DNA from: Hormiphora californensis
Lineage: Eukaryota; Animalia; Ctenophora
Assembly (NCBI GenBank): GCA_020137815.1
Contig: CM035350.1
Location: forward strand, 4,836,001 to 4,900,000
Length of the DNA stretch: 64,000 bases
Reading direction: 5' to 3'
The position numbers and the translations under genes were made by a program. This document shows, piece by piece, positions 58,782 through 64,000 of this stretch. Position 1 is the first letter of the stretch; each line of letters begins with the position of its first letter. Below the pieces are notes generated by a model that made no database searches, was not told where the DNA came from, and saw only the letters and a list, made by a program, of their open reading frames with translations.

Positions 58782-59599
58782 GGGGGGGGGGGCCAACGAA
58801 TTTTTTATATATTTCCTTAATTTTGGAATTTTTTATATATATATAAAAATATATAAAAATATATAAAAATATATAAAAATATATAAAGTTATATAAATAA
58901 TATATAAAAATATATAAAAATATATAAAATAAACCCTTTTTTCACCCCTTTTACTTTCAAAAAAGGGGATTATTTCCATCTATTGTTCACTTGAATATGT
59001 TTCATAGAGTTAATTTAAGTGTTTGAGAGGGTGATAGCTGTTTTACATAATTGAAAGTGTGTTCAAAAGTGAATTATGCACTGTCAAAAGTAGAACTGGT
59101 GAAGAGAGGTTCCGGCCTAATAATATCTACCAGTTTTGGTGTGATTTCAATCATTTTTTGTATGTTGATCCGTGCAGATGTACTAGAACTGGTGAAGAGA
59201 GGTTGGGATCGCGAAACTAAAAAAAAACAAATCATTTTTGACGTCATTTTGACGTCATGACGTTATTGACGCGACGTCACGATGTTACAAACGTCACATT
59301 GATGACGGAAAATCATCAGGATTATCTAGATGGAGATGCTGACCAAGTTTGAGATCAATTGAATGATATTTGATCCCGCTATGGCGAAAAACAGCTTTCT
59401 GTTTTCACAGTTTCGGCACAATTTTTTATATATTTTTATATATTTTTTATATATTTTTATATATTTTTATATATTCATATGTATTTTTATATATTTTTAT
59501 ATATTTTATATATATATAAAAAATTATGTTTTTTTTTTCCAAAAAAAAGGTATATAAAATATATAAAAATATATAAAAAATGAGCGTTGGCCCCCCCCC
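58782..59599. mobile_element. Poly-G-capped foldback element
   Basis: G11-CCAACG / CGTTGG-C9, (ATATAAAAAT)n repeats, 8-bp TSD GCCAAACT. Confidence 0.88.
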
Positions 59600-59726
59600 G
59601 CCAAACTCTACCCCGTAGGGCAGAACGCGAACGGCGCGAGATTTAGGCATTCGCTCTGCTGCTATGGGCCGCGCGCGCAAGTTCTATCCTGCATGTTCCG
59701 AAAAATAAAAGGACCAAAAAAGTAAC

Positions 59727-59944
59727 TCAACTAAACACAAGGACAAATACGCTGAGGTGATTAATTTCTTGAGAACGCGGATACGGTTCTGTCTCCTCAG
59801 AAGTACCTTGGTCTCACTGAGGGGCACGAGGAAAAAGTTCACGACTCCACCTCCCATCGCAATGTGTGATTTTACTGACTGACTTTTTATTTGTAATATT
59901 TATTGTTTATTTGAGTGAGTGATTTTAAGATTTATTTATTTATT
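59727..59944 (+). mobile_element. 3' fragment of a CRE-like non-LTR retrotransposon
   Basis: Translates to YAEVINFLRTRIRFCLLRSTLVSLRGTR, resembling the CRE C-terminal R...F.LLRS....LRG.R motif, followed by a (TTTA)n tail. Confidence 0.55.
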
Positions 59945-60368
59945 ACTAACCCCAACACCGGGGGCAAATGATCGAACCCAATGTGAATGAGACTCATCGC
60001 GATTAACTCTTCATACGGTTACCCCCTTTCTCTCTTCGGCAGCTTCTCTTCGGCTGTCGGAAAGTGATGCCAATCGGTGTTGGGGTTAGTGAATTGAGAA
60101 CCAAAAAAGTAAAAACTAAAAAAAAGAGAAAAACTAAAAATATAAAACTTTAGACCGACTTTTTTCAAACGGCTATAGCCATGCAACCACTTGGCCAATT
60201 TGACTAAACTAAACGGTATCTGATAGATAATCGATAGCTCTAACTAATAACCTTAACCAAGACCCTAACCAAAAGGCCTAACCCGTCTCGACAGTCGACT
60301 GCCAATTAGATTTCAAACTTTTCAACACTACTTTAAACAAATTAATTTGAGGCGTGAGCCTCTAGGTA

Positions 60369-61331
60369 GTGATGGGAACGAAAGACAACGAGGGCGATAA
60401 CCCTACGAATGAACGACTGATAAACTCAGTGAACGACTATGTTTTGGACATCATGAGATTGGATTACGCTGGAACCTCGGAAGAGATGAATGTTGAACCT
60501 CAGCTGGTAACAGATAGCTACAACTTTTTCAAACATTTTCCTGAGTCTAAACTGACCCCTGATAGTGCTGGTACAGTTTATAAAGATATAAACACCTATT
60601 TTAGACATTCTCTCAAGAACTTATCTAAAGAGGAAATAATTGACGCCACATGTAAAGCGTTTTTGTCCAGTGTAAAACTTCTGAAGTGTGCAATGCATAG
60701 CCTTGATGAGGGTGTAAGTACGAAGAAACTAGAGGAGCAGTTACGTAAGTGCAAAGAAGAACTTGACAACCACCGAGTTAACGTAATCGAGCTGCAGCAA
60801 ACAGTTATCAACAATCAACAGCACCAAATCAGTTCAATGACAAACTCAGTGCAGAAGGTAAAAGCTTACTCTACGGTACTGGCCCAGAACTGTGCCGCAG
60901 TATCTCCGGTGGTGAGAAAGTCTGCTCAGGGTCCTAATGAAGCACTATCGTCTGAGAAGGACAAAAATCTTGTTATCTTCGGTTTACCAGAAACAACTGA
61001 CCGTGTGACTCAGAACAGCATCGATGGTTTGTTTGCCGAGTTGAATGAAAACCCGAAAGTTAACGCTATGAAACGTATCGGTGAGAGAAACGATAAGGGC
61101 CCTAGACCACTTTTGGTTTCTTTTGAGAGAAGGGCAACACTCATGGCGCTGCTGAAAAAGTCACGACAGCTTAAGAACTCGGAACATTACTCAGCCGTTT
61201 ACTTGTCACCAGACTTAACCCCGAGTCAAATTAGGGAGCGTAAAGCCCTTATAAACACTCTAAAAAAGCTCCGCATCGAAGATCCAGACGGAAAATACTA
61301 TATTAGAAACAATATAATTCAAGTAAAATAG
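60369..61331 (+). CDS. LINE ORF1-like protein (coiled coil + RRM-like/CTD), no ORF2 downstream
   Basis: Coiled coil, NLVIFGLPE, RIG..PRPLLVSF, VYLSPDLT..R..RK motifs typical of CR1/L2-group ORF1; (ATTGAT)n tail at ~61510-61543. Confidence 0.8.
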   Translation: MMGTKDNEGDNPTNERLINSVNDYVLDIMRLDYAGTSEEMNVEPQLVTDSYNFFKHFPESKLTPDSAGTVYKDINTYFRHSLKNLSKEEIIDATCKAFLSSVKLLKCAMHSLDEGVSTKKLEEQLRKCKEELDNHRVNVIELQQTVINNQQHQISSMTNSVQKVKAYSTVLAQNCAAVSPVVRKSAQGPNEALSSEKDKNLVIFGLPETTDRVTQNSIDGLFAELNENPKVNAMKRIGERNDKGPRPLLVSFERRATLMALLKKSRQLKNSEHYSAVYLSPDLTPSQIRERKALINTLKKLRIEDPDGKYYIRNNIIQVK

Positions 61332-61665
61332 TATCCTCTATAAACTCTGTCACTGTAGATAGTTAGCCCGCTTTAGGTAACTGCTGAAGCCTTCTAGCTT
61401 TTCAGCCTAGCAGCATATATATATATTTTTATATGTATGTAAGTGTAAGAGCGGGTAGGGTCATATATATTTTTAATCTATATTGACTCTGTTATAAATA
61501 TTGTTGTTGATATTGATTGATATTGATATTGATAGATTGGATTGTGAAAGCAACGCAGATGCTAACTTTTCCCACCCCATTGGGGGCTGCGCCCCCGGCC
61601 CTCCAGACCCCCTGCAGAGGCACCCCGAGTTTTGGGTTGTAATGAAATGTGGCCTTCAGCCGTAC

Positions 61666-62385
61666 CAAGTTTACAAGTTTACAAGTTTTATTTATACAAA
61701 AAACAGGTCTTCCCTTAGTGGGTCCACCTAAAATAAATTAGTTAAACACGACTCGCTCACACTCAGCACAGCACAGCACATTGAGGGGAGAGATCGTTTG
61801 GGACTGAAGGATAGCCTCGGACAGGTGGGCGATCATGGAATCCTGCCAGGTACTTGCCCAGGGATAATTTGAACTGACATAATGTTACACAAGAATTGAC
61901 GGCTGTCGGTAGTCTGTTCCAAAGATGGGCAGCTCTAGTACCAAATGAAGAGTGATACTGGTTAGCTCTCCAAGTTTCAGCTCGATAGGGGTAAACTGGT
62001 GGCACTATCCTCATGCCCAGCCTAGCATTATGATGGAAATTGGAATACTAGGTTAGCTGAGTTCGGTACAATACCCTGAATCGTCTTCCACGCGTGAATC
62101 AGCATGTATCGTTGTCTCCTACGTTGGAGAGACATAAGGTCAAGCAGTTTTAACCTTTCCCAATAGTCCCGATTCTGCATTCCGTCCAGACGTCTGGTGA
62201 AACATCTCTGGACGTTCTCGATTGCCTTGATATCACTGGCTTTGGATCCAGACCAGGCAACAATACTCTAGGATAGGCCTGACCAGGGATTTGAATAACA
62301 TCCGGAGAGCGGTCTCTGAAGACACTGAATATCCACCCAGACAAAAGGGATGCCTTGCGTACCACGTACCATGTACCATGTTACC
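61666..62385 (-). mobile_element. Degenerate 3' fragment of a CR1-clade LINE
   Basis: KSLVRPILEYC..W, YWERLK..L.SLQRRR, LWNRLP motifs across frameshifts; (GTAAACTT)n tail at 61666-61688. Confidence 0.8.
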
Positions 62386-64000
62386 ATCCCCTCGAAAAAA
62401 TAATCCATGCCTGTCGCCTGATTGCCTGGCCAGTGGGGTGGCCACTGTACACTGAGTGACCACTGGCCACCCCTAACAATAGAATCAGGTTATTACGGAT
62501 CGCTATGGCAGTTCTTCTTTCGGTTTTGACATTTCAACATTTTAGTAAGAACATCGTATGAAACCTCCAGATGAGCTCTTTCCCAACACTTCAAGAGTTG
62601 GCCACCGATACAGTCTGCAGAAACATTGATCTTATCTTTTCGAAAAAGTAAGCCACCGCACGCATTTCATTCTTCTTTTAACCATATATTTTGGATATCT
62701 GCTAGTTTTCAAAGTCGAATCTTTATTAAATCCCGCCATTTAGGTTGCCAAAGATCAAAGAGTATTTAAGACAGAACCAATGTAGTGATACAACCGACTT
62801 CTTTGTGGACCAGAAGGTATTTTAGCAATTGATTTAGAATCTCATTGTCTAGCACTATCGACTCAATTTCTAATCATGATAACTCTTTTTCACACCTATG
62901 CAAACATTCCTTCACCAATAGTATATCCAGATATATATCTTCCTCTGCCCCATAACAGGAGGCAGTACAGAATACTAATGGGAAGGCTACGTATGACCCA
63001 ATCGACACTATTCGGCGGTATTTGACTTTCCAGTACCTACCACCGGTATGTGGACATTCTCTTACTCTTTCTCTATTTCTCGGGAGTTTTTGTTTGTAAA
63101 AGAGTAACTTGGCATGCCCCGTTTTGACAGTCAAATCTCTCCAAACAACACTATCTTCTCATCAGCTTGTGTGGAAGGAGAAGTACAATTCAAAACTTAA
63201 CAAGATAATTATTGGTCTGGAAATCGAAGGAACGAAAGCAGAGGTCCCAATATTTAGAGCGAGGACCCCCCGTGAAACAGCAAAGAGGAGAGAGGACGCC
63301 AAATTCGTTGCAGCTGAGGTATGGTCATTTCGGAACCTATCCCATTGTCCCAAATTGGTTTTGAGCTTCTCTAAGTTGTCTCTCTTCCTTCTCCCTCTCT
63401 TTCCCCCTGTCTCTGTCTCTGTCTCTGTCTCTGTCTCTGTCTCTTTCCCTCTACTTCCGTAACAGTGGCAGTGATCTAGTGAGAAGAGAGGGAGATAGAG
63501 ATAGAGGGAGGCGAGAGAGGCAGTGATATAGAGGGAAGGGAGGGATCTGTAGACACATTATTTATCTCCATTCTCAATCTGCAGTTGATGATAAAGAAAC
63601 TATACTCAAAACACCTCCAAGACTCAGTGCTGAACGATTACTTAAAACAGAAGGCCAAGATTCCCGTGAGAGATAGGAAAAGTGATTCCTTTCTCAGACA
63701 AGATGTACCGGAGTGGGTGGTCTTATCTGTAGATGACCTAGTTTTTTACGGTAACTAAATTATAAATACCTATTGTAACACGGTAGTTATAACTTATATT
63801 ATGTAAGTTAGTAGCTAAATAAAACAAAGATCCCTACTTTCAGGAATTCCGGTGAGTGAGAGGTGGGAGATACTCCGTCGTGTCCCAGAACACTTACTAT
63901 GTAGATCCCATTTCCTCATGTTCCTTCCCCCCGGCGCCACTGAGGTTGATTTCTCCCTGTGTCCCGCCCTAATTTCCTCAGACTTCCTTAAAATCGTCAC

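Noticed and set aside
62500-64000. Minus-strand ORF fragments at the window end
   Set aside because: No recognisable domain or consistent exon chain; may belong to a gene extending beyond the window.

Overview
Eukaryotic (animal) genomic DNA, not prokaryotic: short GT-AG introns, long CT/GA microsatellites and dense non-autonomous DNA transposons. The strongly divergent metazoan genes, nested intronic genes and splice-acceptor-like sites just before start codons are reminiscent of a ctenophore-like invertebrate (inference, not provable here). Phase-consistent gene models built by hand: an ERp72-like PDI (intronless, HDEL), a BTB-BACK gene that hosts a GPCR and probably the PDI in its introns, a GAS2-like CH protein, a small orphan secreted protein, a secreted Ig + C-type lectin, Ric-8, ABHD14, FBXO9 and a long adducin. 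The rest is MITE/foldback elements (pogo/mariner-, hAT-, Merlin-, Academ-, Transib-like ends and a poly-G-capped group), L2/CR1/CRE LINE fragments and an ORF1-only retroelement. Best leads: a 2.6-kb TIR element carrying an intact Merlin mini-transposase that lacks the DDE core, the poly-G-capped foldback group, the Ig-lectin, and the nested genes. Some frameshifts and the stretches near 42.1 kb and 53.8-54.6 kb look like assembly artefacts.
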